Shown here piece by piece: positions 27,976 to 37,686 of a DNA stretch of 64,000 bases. The stretch's first letter is position 1. Each line of letters starts with the position of its first letter. This stretch comes from an uncultured bacterium (GTDB lineage Bacteria; Acidobacteriota; HRBIN11; JAKEFK01), in NCBI GenBank assembly GCA_963777505.1, contig CAVZQN010000004.1:1568001-1632000 (forward strand), written 5' to 3'. The notes under the pieces were generated by a model, which saw only the letters and a program-made list of their open reading frames with translations, had not been told where the DNA came from and ran no database searches. The translations under genes and the position numbers were made by a program.

Positions 27976-28917
27976 TCACAAAACTATTTCCAGCCCCTCA
28001 AAAGCTGCGATTGAATTTTGGAACATGCTCCTTGCGCGCTTTTCCATTTCCTGGATAGTCGCGTCATCATACATGGGATCGTAATGAAATAATGCTAATT
28101 GTTGAACTCTTGATTGTGTTGCTACATCGGCAGCCATGTCTACAGTGCTATGTCCATAACCCTGAACGTACGTTGAGCCTGTAATGTAATCATTCTGCAT
28201 ATATTGCGAATCATGAATGAGAAGTGTCGCTCCTTGCGCGAAATTGATTAATCTTTGATCCCCTCCAACATATCCTTCAGTGTCTGTTGCATAGACGACG
28301 CTCTTACCATTCATCTCAATGCGATAGACAAATACTCCGCCGTTTGGATGAGCCAGACTGTGCATCACTCTAATTCGAATTTTATAGATGCCTTTTGATT
28401 TGTCATCTCTGTAATAGTTCAGGACTTTCGGTGGATCATCATTGTTTTCAAAAACGATAATTTCTGATTCATTTACACTTCGAATCTTGCGGAATGATGG
28501 TAAATCTTCAAGTTGAACAGGAAAGTAAGGACTTACCATTGCTTTGCTTAACCCTTGTTCAAGTTCTTCTTCCAAAAGACGCGGGCCAAATAAATAGCAA
28601 GTACTGGTTGGAATGTACGCTGGTTTAAAAAATGCAAAGCCTTGAGTGTGGTCGTGGTGAGTGTGGCTGAAAAGAATTGTGAAAACAATTTTTTCGCGAT
28701 CGGATGTATTGCTGCCGCTAGCTAAATGATTCCGGGCGATCTCCTGACCGAGTCCGATAATTCCGGTGCCCGCATCAAGAATGATGAGATGTTTTCCGGC
28801 ATGAACTTCAACACAGGAAGTGTTGCCACCGAAGTGAACTGTATTGGGGCCAGGCATTGCATGACTACCGCGTACGCCGCGGAATTTAACTGCGAATCGA
28901 TCGCTGGCGTTTGCCAT
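27976..28917 (-). CDS. MBL-fold metallo-hydrolase (phosphodiesterase-like)
   Basis: GVRGS, GGNTSC, DAGTG, SHTHHDH, HDSQY, GHS, FHYDP. Confidence 0.88.
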   Translation of the reverse strand: MANASDRFAVKFRGVRGSHAMPGPNTVHFGGNTSCVEVHAGKHLIILDAGTGIIGLGQEIARNHLASGSNTSDREKIVFTILFSHTHHDHTQGFAFFKPAYIPTSTCYLFGPRLLEEELEQGLSKAMVSPYFPVQLEDLPSFRKIRSVNESEIIVFENNDDPPKVLNYYRDDKSKGIYKIRIRVMHSLAHPNGGVFVYRIEMNGKSVVYATDTEGYVGGDQRLINFAQGATLLIHDSQYMQNDYITGSTYVQGYGHSTVDMAADVATQSRVQQLALFHYDPMYDDATIQEMEKRARSMFQNSIAAFEGLEIVL

Positions 28918-28997
28918 GGCCGTCCCTCTCAATTATCCCCTTGGGCCTAAATAAGGCTCCAATGTTAGCAGAAGACAATAACCTCTGCAATAAATAA

Positions 28998-29726
28998 TCA
29001 ACCACTGTAACTGTCGAAGCGAGCGAGCCAGGCGCTCAGCCTTGAGAATTGGTTTGTCGCTACCAGCAGCCCAATTAAAATCAATAACACACCACTGGCT
29101 AATTCAATTCCACGATAATGCTTCTTAATAGCCTTAAACACATTCATAGCATAGTTCAAGGCTATTCCGGTTAAGAGAAAAGGTACACCGAGTCCCATTG
29201 AATAAACAGCGAGAAGTATGATCCCATCTGCCGTTGTTTTTTGATCTGCAGCAATTAAGAGAATCCCACTTAGAATTGGACCGATACAAGGGGTCCAGCC
29301 GAATGCAAATGCTGCACCGATTAAGACAGATCCTAGCATCCCCAAAGGTTTTTCTTTTACATGAACCCGTTTTTCATAATCCAGCCATTTGATTCGATAA
29401 ACCCCTGCAAGATGCAAACCCAACACAATGATTACGATGCCACCGATTACATTAATGTATGTTTTGTAAAGTACAAGATACTGTCCGATATAACTTGCTG
29501 TCGCGCCAAGAGTACAAAAAACAAGGCTGAATCCCAGGACAAATAACAGAGTATTGATGATGACTTTTCGTCCCGTCCCTTTTTCTTCGGTTTTGCCTCG
29601 CATTGCATCCAGCGATACACCCGAAATGTAGGAGAGATAAGCCGGTACCAATGGCAACACGCATGGTGAAATGAATGAGAGCAAACCGGCTGTGAAAGCT
29701 GTTATGAAATTTACTTGTTCAGTCAT
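28998..29726 (-). CDS. ccdA: Cytochrome c biogenesis protein CcdA
   Basis: SFISPCVLPL, GWTPCIGP, multiple TM segments. Confidence 0.92.
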   Translation of the reverse strand: MTEQVNFITAFTAGLLSFISPCVLPLVPAYLSYISGVSLDAMRGKTEEKGTGRKVIINTLLFVLGFSLVFCTLGATASYIGQYLVLYKTYINVIGGIVIIVLGLHLAGVYRIKWLDYEKRVHVKEKPLGMLGSVLIGAAFAFGWTPCIGPILSGILLIAADQKTTADGIILLAVYSMGLGVPFLLTGIALNYAMNVFKAIKKHYRGIELASGVLLILIGLLVATNQFSRLSAWLARFDSYSG

Positions 29727-29740
29727 CTATGTGACTCTTC

Positions 29741-29842
29741 GAGGCCCGGTCCCGCGGATGCGGGGATCGGGGACCGGGCCTCAGTATTTCTTGCACTCGG
29801 AGGCCCGGCCTTACGCACCCTATCACCGCAAGGCCGGGCCTC
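29741..29842. repeat. Twin GC-rich 13-bp hairpins (REP/BIME-like or structured RNA)
   Basis: gaggcccggtccc-N16-gggaccgggcctc (29741-29782) and gaggcccggcctt-N17-aaggccgggcctc (29800-29842). Confidence 0.75.
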
Positions 29843-29859
29843 ATTGTTAGCATCACGCA

Positions 29860-31329
29860 TCACGTTCTTCCAATATCGGACAAAAGGTGGAGAATGCATC
29901 GGACTCCGAACCCACTGGCTGCTTTGCTGTAGACACCCCATTCACGTTCTTGCCATGCAGGTCCAGCAATATCCAGATGTACCCATTTAGGATGATTGAT
30001 GAATTCTGATAAGAATAGAGCAGCCTGGATCGTTCCTGCTTCAGGTATACCGCTTGAGTTTCGAATGTCGGCAATATCGCTGCGGATTAAATCTCTATAA
30101 GGTTCGAACAGAGGAAGCGGACACATTGTTTCGCCGGAATTTTTTCCGGCGCGTACAACTTGTTGAACGAATGATTCATTATTGCCAATCACAGCAGCCA
30201 TTAATCTGCCGAGCCCCACTACCTGAGCGCCTGTTAACGTTGCAATATCAACTAAATAATCCGGCTTCAAAGTCTGGGCATAGGTCAAACCATCAGCAAG
30301 CGCCAGACGACCTTCGGCATCAGTGTTTGTGATTTCAATAGTCTTTCCGTTCATCGCACGGATAACGTCACCGGGGCGGTTTGCTCGTCCACCAGGCATA
30401 TTTTCCGTGACCATCATTAAAGCAGTCACAGTTAAAGGCAGCTTCAGTTCTGCCGCCGCTTGCACGCAGGCAAGTGCTGTGGCTGCGCCGGCCATGTCCG
30501 ACTTCATGTGCTCCATTCCTTTTTCTGTCTTCAAGGAAAGTCCACCCGAATCGAACGTGATCCCTTTTCCAATTAAGGCAACATGAGCTATAGACTTTTT
30601 GGGATGCTTGTAAGTTAAATGCACCATCCGGCCTTGCTGTGTGCTTCCTTTTCCAACTGAAAGGAATGCGTTAGCCCGCATCTTTTCTAATTCAGGAGCT
30701 TCAAAAACTTTGATCCGCAATTTATTCTTACGTGCAATTACTTCTGCGTTGCGTGCCAGTGTGGAAGGGTTCAAATGATCAGGAGGTTCATTGACATAGT
30801 CACGGACAAGCGAAACCGCGCGGCAATGCACTTCTGCGATTTGAATTGGATTGCCCTTCGCTTGAGTCGTGCAAATACTAACGGATTGAAGCTGTTTGTC
30901 TTTGTCAGGCTTTGATTTAAATCGAACATATTGATACCCCGCAAGTAAGCTCCCTTCAGCGATTGCCTGAACTTCTGAATCTTTTGAAGGATCAAATGCA
31001 ATTGTAAGTGAACTTAACCCTCGCAAAGCCGCTTGACGAGATGCGATATACGCTGCTTCCCGTAACATATCCGTTGACGGTTCGCCATTTGTTTTGACAG
31101 CCACACAAAGGACACGGGAAGGGCTATCAGATCCTGTATACAACAGCAAAGAATTCCGTTTCCGAACCGTAAAATGCGTCGATTCCAGCTCGCGCTTCAA
31201 GTATCCCTTTAAGAAGGCATTCAACTTTGAACCCGATTTTGTAAGTTCGTAGTTGTCTCGAACTAAAACAGCAATCGCATCCGCTTGAATATGAACAGGA
31301 TCATCCGTTACGTGTTTTATCTTCATCAT
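29860..31329 (-). CDS. pepA: Leucyl aminopeptidase (M17)
   Basis: GKGITFDSGG, MKSDMAG, NTDAEGRL, ATLTGA, HLDIAG. Confidence 0.95.
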   Translation of the reverse strand: MMKIKHVTDDPVHIQADAIAVLVRDNYELTKSGSKLNAFLKGYLKRELESTHFTVRKRNSLLLYTGSDSPSRVLCVAVKTNGEPSTDMLREAAYIASRQAALRGLSSLTIAFDPSKDSEVQAIAEGSLLAGYQYVRFKSKPDKDKQLQSVSICTTQAKGNPIQIAEVHCRAVSLVRDYVNEPPDHLNPSTLARNAEVIARKNKLRIKVFEAPELEKMRANAFLSVGKGSTQQGRMVHLTYKHPKKSIAHVALIGKGITFDSGGLSLKTEKGMEHMKSDMAGAATALACVQAAAELKLPLTVTALMMVTENMPGGRANRPGDVIRAMNGKTIEITNTDAEGRLALADGLTYAQTLKPDYLVDIATLTGAQVVGLGRLMAAVIGNNESFVQQVVRAGKNSGETMCPLPLFEPYRDLIRSDIADIRNSSGIPEAGTIQAALFLSEFINHPKWVHLDIAGPAWQEREWGVYSKAASGFGVRCILHLLSDIGRT

Positions 31330-31350
31330 CGCAAACTCACTATTATAAGG

Positions 31351-31388
31351 TCTTTATTTTCGATTTTTCATTTTTGTCTTCCATTTTT
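31351..31388. repeat. Solo AT-rich heptamer-like arm related to the 35826-35906 element
   Basis: Reverse complement aaaaatggaagacaaaaatgaaaaatcgaaaataaaga resembles aaagatcaaaaatgaaagatcaaagatcaaaaataaagat. Confidence 0.4.
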
Positions 31389-31504
31389 ATGTAATCACTT
31401 GAGCCGACTTGATTTAGCGACATGTTCCTGATAGGATGGAAAGCTCCTTGAGGGCGAGGGATTGTAATCCCGATTAGAATTTAAATCGATTAGGGTAAGA
31501 CGGG

Positions 31505-32206
31505 ATGGCGCTTCGGCAATCGGATAAACTTCAATCATTAGAACATCAGGTTGAGCTTTTACAAGCTGAACTCCAGCAGTATAAAGAAGCAAATCAAATA
31601 TTACAGCAGCAATATAACACGCTCAAACTTCAAAATGAGCGGATGTTGAAAAAGGAGGCGGAACATCAAAACGCCAAATCACACCTCCTCCAGAAACGCA
31701 TTATCATGTCTCGTGCTATTGTGCTTGTGCCTGAAAATTTGGTGATAGGCGACCGTCTTGAAAATTGCACAATCAAGGTTTATCGCGGAACCAATGTTGT
31801 TTTAAGTGATACGGCTGAGCTTATTAACTGCCGTATTATTGGTTTGGATCATGCGTCAGATGGACGTACTGTTACGAATAGTAAAAATCAGGGGACAATC
31901 GAGATTAAAGGTGTTTTCTACAATATGACTCCTCGCAAGTTTGCGATTGCAACATCCGAACGCGTGGTTATTAGTCCTGGTGCTCGATTCGTCGGCAATA
32001 TAAGAGCAGATCGAATTGTGATCAATGAACTGACGAAAGTTCGTGGAAGATTCGCATCGAATGATTTAATTAGAAAATTGCGGGAAGAAAAAGAACAGAA
32101 AAAAATAGCTTCAAGGAAATTTGAAGACACCAAACCCCACGAAAATAAAATCGAAAACGTACTGGACGGTTCAAATGAAACTGTTCAGGTGACAGAAATA
32201 GGATAA
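31505..32206 (+). CDS. Coiled-coil protein with bactofilin-like beta-helical C-terminal half
   Basis: N-terminal heptads; later VVISPGARFVGNIRADRIVINELTKVRGRF, a bactofilin-like pattern; adjacent to a bactofilin gene. Confidence 0.6.
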   Translation: MALRQSDKLQSLEHQVELLQAELQQYKEANQILQQQYNTLKLQNERMLKKEAEHQNAKSHLLQKRIIMSRAIVLVPENLVIGDRLENCTIKVYRGTNVVLSDTAELINCRIIGLDHASDGRTVTNSKNQGTIEIKGVFYNMTPRKFAIATSERVVISPGARFVGNIRADRIVINELTKVRGRFASNDLIRKLREEKEQKKIASRKFEDTKPHENKIENVLDGSNETVQVTEIG

Positions 32207-32214
32207 GAGGTACT

Positions 32215-32658
32215 ATGAATCAGGAACCAAAGGTTACCAGAGTCGCAGAGGGGACGGTCATTAAGGGGGAAATTTCGTTTCCGGGTGGTAAACTCCGCCT
32301 TGAAGGAGAATTGCAGGGAAATGTAACCTCAATTGACGGTCTCGAAGTAACACAGAAAGGCCGTCTGAAAGGGGATGTACATATGGCTGCCGAGATTGAA
32401 TTGCTTGGCACCATAGAAGGCAACATCAAAACACGTAAGCTAATCATTCGCCCTTCTGGTGTTTTAACCGGGAATTTAGAGGTTGAACATTTTGTAATGG
32501 AAGAGGGTGGACGAATTCTGGGCGAAGTAAAAATGAATTTGGGCGAGATGAAAGAATCTTGGAAAACAGCACCAGCACGTCCGCCAAGCAGCCCAAGCAG
32601 CTCAGGCGGAAGTCCCCGCGGCGAAACATTAAGTTCAGCCATTTCTAAAGGGCATTGA
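32215..32658 (+). CDS. Bactofilin (polymer-forming cytoskeletal protein)
   Basis: TRVAEGTVIKGEI...LRLEGELQGNV...GVLTGNL...MEEGGRILGEV. Confidence 0.9.
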   Translation: MNQEPKVTRVAEGTVIKGEISFPGGKLRLEGELQGNVTSIDGLEVTQKGRLKGDVHMAAEIELLGTIEGNIKTRKLIIRPSGVLTGNLEVEHFVMEEGGRILGEVKMNLGEMKESWKTAPARPPSSPSSSGGSPRGETLSSAISKGH

Positions 32659-33263
32659 TGCGTCGAAAACAATGGGCCATATCCGCCCTTGTATTCGCTG
32701 CATCACTATACTTTTTGCTGTACTCTCAGCAGTTCTTCTCACAGCGGAAGGGAGAGCCACAAAATGCTGCACTTCCTTCCGCATCAGAACCTGCCCAAAA
32801 TATCATTCTTCTAGCAAACGAAGATTATTATCCTTTCCTGAAACAACACTTCCGAAATGCTAAAAGCCGCATTATCGGGACAGTCTATCTGTTAAGAATG
32901 ACTTCACACCCCGAAAATGCACCAGCAGATTTACTTCGTGAATTGATTGCTGCTAAAAATCGGAAAGTGGAGGTGGATATTGTGCTGGAGGTTTCAAATG
33001 ACAAAGATCCAACGGATATCAATCTGGAAGCGGCTAAACAACTAACGGATGCTGGAGTAAATGTGCAATTGGATCATCAAAGAATAACCACACATTCAAA
33101 GGTCTTCGTGATCGATGACAGGTATTGTTTTGTGGGAAGCCACAATATGACTCATTCAGCATTGACAATGAATCAAGAGCTTTCAATTTATGTGGATTCA
33201 AAAGAGCTCGCTTCAAAAATTACAAACTTTGTAAGACAAATTCCCCTTTCGGGGTCCCAATAG
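32658..33263 (+). CDS. Phospholipase D-like (single HKD) nuclease/lipase with N-terminal anchor
   Basis: THSKVFVIDDRYCFVGSHNMT...NQE. Confidence 0.85.
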   Translation: MRRKQWAISALVFAASLYFLLYSQQFFSQRKGEPQNAALPSASEPAQNIILLANEDYYPFLKQHFRNAKSRIIGTVYLLRMTSHPENAPADLLRELIAAKNRKVEVDIVLEVSNDKDPTDINLEAAKQLTDAGVNVQLDHQRITTHSKVFVIDDRYCFVGSHNMTHSALTMNQELSIYVDSKELASKITNFVRQIPLSGSQ

Positions 33264-33304
33264 GGCATTGTGACTGAAGAGAGCGCAGAGATATAATCAC
33301 AAAA

Positions 33305-33892
33305 ATGCAAGTTCTCGATGATCTCGCTTCCTCCTATGATCGAATTGTCGAAGTACTTCGTGGTGGGGGGATCATTTGTTATCCAACCGAAACTTTTTAC
33401 GCTCTTGGCGTTGATCCCTGGAATGCAAATGCATGCGAACGGCTCTATCGCTTAAAACAACGAAGTTCTGACAAAGAGCTACCCCTCATTGCTGCGAACC
33501 TGGAGATGGCATCGAAGTTCTTTGATCTATCGGATCACAGGGTTCAAATTCTTATCCAGAAATTTTGGCCCGGCGCATTAACACTTGTCATTCCTTCTGC
33601 GGATAAATCCCGAAATTACGCAGTTCGAGTCTCTTCTCTTCCCGAAGCGCAAAAAATTTCTGAAGCATTCGGTAAGCCAATTGTTTCAACAAGCGCTAAT
33701 ATCAGTGGTATCAGGCCGATTTCGTCTCCGGGTGAACTAAGCCAGGAGTTAATTTCCGGAATTGATGTTCTCCTGGATGGAGGCGTTTGCGCAGGAGGTT
33801 TACCTTCCACGATTGTTTCAATCTTAAAACCCGACATTGAAATTCTTCGTGAAGGAGCTATCTCTTCAAAAGAGATCCTTTCACTTTTATGA
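33305..33892 (+). CDS. tsaC: L-threonylcarbamoyladenylate synthase (TsaC/Sua5)
   Basis: YPTETFYAL, LKQR, FWPGALT, STSANISG, PSTIV. Confidence 0.92.
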   Translation: MQVLDDLASSYDRIVEVLRGGGIICYPTETFYALGVDPWNANACERLYRLKQRSSDKELPLIAANLEMASKFFDLSDHRVQILIQKFWPGALTLVIPSADKSRNYAVRVSSLPEAQKISEAFGKPIVSTSANISGIRPISSPGELSQELISGIDVLLDGGVCAGGLPSTIVSILKPDIEILREGAISSKEILSLL

Positions 33893-34743
33893 AGATTCGA
33901 AAACAAGACATTTATCTATCCCCGGATCATCCTTCAACTCTGCTGACTTTGAAGCCGCTTTCGATTGTTGCTGCGCCTCTTGTTTTAAACAAAAACGGAA
34001 TTCTTTTGGATGGCTACAGACGATATCAACTGATGGAAGGAGATTTTGTTGATGCAGTCCAAATCGATGCGCAGAATGTATTCGATGCAGCCTATGAAAT
34101 GAATTTGAATACCCGCATCTGGGATGATCGTGATTGCTTCTTATGGTCGCGGTGGGCTCGTACTCTCGGAGCAAATCCCTCGCGCCTTCCTATAAACCGC
34201 TTTTCTACAGCAATTGAATCTGCGCCGCAAGAGTTACTACATTTGATGGCAGAGCGAAAGATCACAATGCGGAAAGCAGTCTTGATTCAGGAAGCTCCAC
34301 CGGCGGCCCGCGAGATATTTACTGATCTTTTAACAAACGGTTTGAGTCTGAATGACAATGAAGCCGCCGACCTGATCCGGATGGCATGGGACGTCAAAAC
34401 CAGGCTCAATTCACAAGGTCTTCAGGGTCTTTTTCAGGGTGAGCTTTTTGCCGGTATTTTGCAGAATTCGAGCCTGTCTCCCAGACAAAGAGGAGAGGCA
34501 TTGTTGAAAGAATTGAGGGCAGTGCGTTATCCTTTATATCAAGAGAAGCTGGAGCAGTTTACGTCGAATTGGCAACAACTGAACTTAGGGAACGGCGTAC
34601 AGGTTAAACGACGTTCTTTCATTGAACGCGGCGTTCTTGAAATTTCATTTACGTCATCTTCATTGGAGGAGTTAAAGGAAAATATCGAGAGGCTCACGAC
34701 TAGCTTGAATGCGGGGTCATGGGTCAGGATTTGGGAAGAATGA
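33889..34743 (+). CDS. Hypothetical protein with degenerate ParB-like N-terminal domain
   Basis: PLVL...ILLDGYRRY resembles the ParB/Srx GxRR motif; translationally coupled on both sides. Confidence 0.5.
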   Translation: MKIRKQDIYLSPDHPSTLLTLKPLSIVAAPLVLNKNGILLDGYRRYQLMEGDFVDAVQIDAQNVFDAAYEMNLNTRIWDDRDCFLWSRWARTLGANPSRLPINRFSTAIESAPQELLHLMAERKITMRKAVLIQEAPPAAREIFTDLLTNGLSLNDNEAADLIRMAWDVKTRLNSQGLQGLFQGELFAGILQNSSLSPRQRGEALLKELRAVRYPLYQEKLEQFTSNWQQLNLGNGVQVKRRSFIERGVLEISFTSSSLEELKENIERLTTSLNAGSWVRIWEE

Positions 34744-35291
34744 CTCGAACTGAACGGATTCAATGGCAGATTTTTGTTTTACTTGTTGTTGCGATCGCTG
34801 CGTCTATTTATTACTTCTCAATGCCTTCTACCGAAGATCCTATAAAAACGAACCTAAAAAAACCTTCCGCAAAGCCTGGGACTTCGTCGCCCGATAACTT
34901 ACCACAAGTTTCTACGCTTCAAGGAAAACTTCCAGAATTTAAGAATGTACAGAGGAACGTTTTTGAATTTGCAGGAGAACCCTCTGAATCAGATGATGTA
35001 ACGAGTTCACAACCCGTTTTAACCGAGCCGCAAACCATGCCGCTCCTGGTTCCGGTTGGACCTGATGTAACATATTTGGCTTTTTACAAAGAAAAAGAGG
35101 GATCGAATCGGAAATTAGCTGCAATTAGTAATGGTGGGCAAATCTATGTTGGCGGTGTAGGTGAAGTCCTTGCTGGAAAGTACAGGGTGATTCAGGTTGA
35201 AGATGAATTCATCGAAGTCGAATATTTGCCTGAGAAACGAGTGATCCGCTTGGAACTCGGCCGCCATGATGGAACTCCGCCGCTGGAGTGA
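34740..35291 (+). CDS. Membrane-anchored hypothetical protein, possibly PilP/GspC-like
   Basis: N-terminal TM, RNVFEF, C-terminal beta domain IYVGGVGEVLAGKYRVIQV. Confidence 0.55.
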   Translation: MTRTERIQWQIFVLLVVAIAASIYYFSMPSTEDPIKTNLKKPSAKPGTSSPDNLPQVSTLQGKLPEFKNVQRNVFEFAGEPSESDDVTSSQPVLTEPQTMPLLVPVGPDVTYLAFYKEKEGSNRKLAAISNGGQIYVGGVGEVLAGKYRVIQVEDEFIEVEYLPEKRVIRLELGRHDGTPPLE

Positions 35292-35338
35292 TCCACCTAT
35301 CGAGAAATCTTTATTTTTACTGGTTTAAAATAGAACTG

Positions 35339-35827
35339 ATGAAAGAAGATCGTGATGCCATTGCTCTCGCAATTGAACTATTTCATAAAGCGTATGTGCA
35401 TCATATGAGTGGTTATCTTGATGAGGCAATTGAACTTTATAGGGAATCAATTGCAATGTATCCAACGGCTGAAGCATACACATTCCTCGGATGGGCATAT
35501 AGTTTTCAAGGAAGATTGGATGAAGCGATTGAGGAATGTAAAAGAGCGATCGAAGTCGATCCTGATTTCGGCAATCCATACAACGATATCGGGGCATATT
35601 TAATTGAAAAGGAATTGTTCAATGAAGCGATTCCATGGTTGAAACAAGCCACGGAAGCGAAACGATACGAATCCTATCATTTTCCACATTACAATCTTGG
35701 GCGTGTATATATTGCGCAAGGTATGATGAAGCGCGCAATCGAAGAATTTCAAAAAGCGTTAAAAATTGCGCCAAATTACACGCTCGCACGTGATGCATTA
35801 GAAGAAACGAGCCGGCAGATCAATTAA
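35339..35827 (+). CDS. Tetratricopeptide repeat protein
   Basis: AEAYTFLGWAYS...AIEVDPDFGNPYNDIG...HYNLGRVY. Confidence 0.88.
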   Translation: MKEDRDAIALAIELFHKAYVHHMSGYLDEAIELYRESIAMYPTAEAYTFLGWAYSFQGRLDEAIEECKRAIEVDPDFGNPYNDIGAYLIEKELFNEAIPWLKQATEAKRYESYHFPHYNLGRVYIAQGMMKRAIEEFQKALKIAPNYTLARDALEETSRQIN

Positions 35828-35906
35828 AGATCAAAAATGAAAGATCAAAGATCAAAAATAAAGATAGAGCTTCATTTTTGATATTTTATTTTTCATTTTT
35901 TATTTT
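35826..35906. repeat. Gene-less inverted heptamer-arm element (AAAGATC/AAAAATG type); may act as terminator
   Basis: aaagatc-aaaaatg-aaagatc-aaagatc-aaaaat followed by a roughly complementary arm catttttgatattttatttttcatttttt. Confidence 0.65.
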
Positions 35907-35912
35907 AATAAC

Positions 35913-36632
35913 ATGGATCTAAAAAACAAAAGTGTTCTGATTACTGGAGCAGCCCGAAGACTCGGCCGTGAGACTGCAGTTCATCTGGCGCGAGCAGGGG
36001 CTCGAATTACAGTTCAATATAACGAATCGGCAGAAGACGCGAAATCACTTCAAAAAGAAATTGGCTGCGAAATTGTTCAGGCAAATTTTACAGCAATGCC
36101 CGCCGAAGAACTTTGTAAGCGTCTGGAATCGGCAGCCGGACATGTTGATATTCTGATTAACAACGCGTCCACGTTTACACATGTGCGATGGCCTGAAATT
36201 TCGGAAGAAATATGGGATCGGGAACTTGCAGTAAATCTTAAAATACCATTCTTCTTAACGCGTTACTTTGGAAGCCGAATGAAGACGAAAGGGATCGGCA
36301 AAATTTTAAACATAGCCGATATTGCTGCAGAGCATCCATATTTAACATATTTTGCATACAGCATAGCGAAGTCCGGAATCATCACAATGACGCGTGGATT
36401 TGCCCGGGCGCTGGCTCCATCAGTTCAAGTAAATGCTATCGCTCCCGGCACGGTATTGCCGCCTGACAATATGGATCCCGGGCAATATCGTAAACTAATA
36501 GAGAAAATTCCTGCGCAACGTCCGGCGAGTGTGGAAGAGTTTTTACGAACTGTTGATTTCTTGCTGTCGGATGTAGATTATATTACCGGCCAAACGATCA
36601 CTTTAGACGGTGGCCGTTCATTAAACTGGTGA
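35913..36632 (+). CDS. SDR oxidoreductase, pteridine reductase/FolM-like
   Basis: TGAARRLG, NNAS, YSIAK, VNAIAPG, TGQTITLDGG. Confidence 0.85.
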   Translation: MDLKNKSVLITGAARRLGRETAVHLARAGARITVQYNESAEDAKSLQKEIGCEIVQANFTAMPAEELCKRLESAAGHVDILINNASTFTHVRWPEISEEIWDRELAVNLKIPFFLTRYFGSRMKTKGIGKILNIADIAAEHPYLTYFAYSIAKSGIITMTRGFARALAPSVQVNAIAPGTVLPPDNMDPGQYRKLIEKIPAQRPASVEEFLRTVDFLLSDVDYITGQTITLDGGRSLNW

Positions 36633-36660
36633 AAAAACTTAGCGTCTTTGCGGTAAAAAA

Positions 36661-37686
36661 ATGATTACACATGATTGGCACGCTTCAAAAGGTGCAAAAT
36701 TTCAAGATTTTTTCGGCGTAGAAATTCCTTCAAATTACGGCGACGTTGAATCGGAATACTGGGCATTACGAAAAGCCGTGGGTCTGCGTGATGTCAGTTA
36801 TTTCGGGAAAGTAAAAGTCTCAGGAAAAGATGCGCAGGAATTTTTGCATCGCATGATTTCAAATGATGTAAAGTCTCTGGCACCCGGAAAAGGCGTCTGG
36901 GCCTTGTTCCTTAATATCAAGGGCCACATTCAAGGGGACATGAAAATTTATCGATTTCCTGATTATTTGCTGATGGTCATGCAACACCATGCTCTTGATC
37001 GAGTCGTCAAAGGTCTTGACCGTTATATCATTGGTGAACAACTTCAAATGACGGATGTTTCCGGTCAGTTCGCACTTTTCCAAATCTTAGGCCCTGAAGC
37101 TAAAACCTTCCTTCAATCAAAAGGGGCAAATCATTTACCCGAAACTGAACTCGCTTTTGAGTCAGTCTCCTTTGATGGAATTGCAACACAGGTGATCCGC
37201 TTGGGACTTGGATATGCTTTGCTTGTTGAAGCAAATTCCGCTGTTCAGCTTTTGAATTTCCTGAATGTGCAACCTGTAGGGATGCAGGCATTCAACATAT
37301 TTAGAATTGAATCCGGACTTCCTTTGTTAGGGCTGGATTATGATGAGACCAATTTGCCTCAGGAAAGCAGACTCGATCACGCTTTGAACTTCAATAAAGG
37401 TTGCTATTTAGGACAAGAAGTTATGGCACGCCTGGATGCTCAAGGTCATGTAAATAAGGTGTTGATGGGCCTGGTGTCGTCTGATGAAGTCAGCCGTGAT
37501 CAAAAGTTGTTTGCTGGTGAAAAGGAAGCCGGCAGAATCACAAGTGTTGCGCGATCTCCGCTTTCCGGTGAATATGTTGCCCTGGGTTACATCCGCCGCG
37601 AATTTGCTAAAGAAAATCAGCCTCTACAAGTTTCTGGCAATAGTACTACAGCCATAGTACGCAACCTCCCCATCGTACAGCAGTAA
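36661..37686 (+). CDS. ygfZ: Folate-binding YgfZ/GcvT-family protein
   Basis: KGCYLGQE signature, GcvT-like N-terminus. Confidence 0.8.
   Translation: MITHDWHASKGAKFQDFFGVEIPSNYGDVESEYWALRKAVGLRDVSYFGKVKVSGKDAQEFLHRMISNDVKSLAPGKGVWALFLNIKGHIQGDMKIYRFPDYLLMVMQHHALDRVVKGLDRYIIGEQLQMTDVSGQFALFQILGPEAKTFLQSKGANHLPETELAFESVSFDGIATQVIRLGLGYALLVEANSAVQLLNFLNVQPVGMQAFNIFRIESGLPLLGLDYDETNLPQESRLDHALNFNKGCYLGQEVMARLDAQGHVNKVLMGLVSSDEVSRDQKLFAGEKEAGRITSVARSPLSGEYVALGYIRREFAKENQPLQVSGNSTTAIVRNLPIVQQ

Noticed and set aside
29741-29842. Mini CRISPR array
   Set aside because: Only two units, arms are inverted rather than direct repeats with unique spacers, and no cas genes are present.
29715-30074. Short ORFs across the pepA-ccdA junction
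   Set aside because: They arise from GC-rich hairpins and overlaps with real genes and show no protein-like features.
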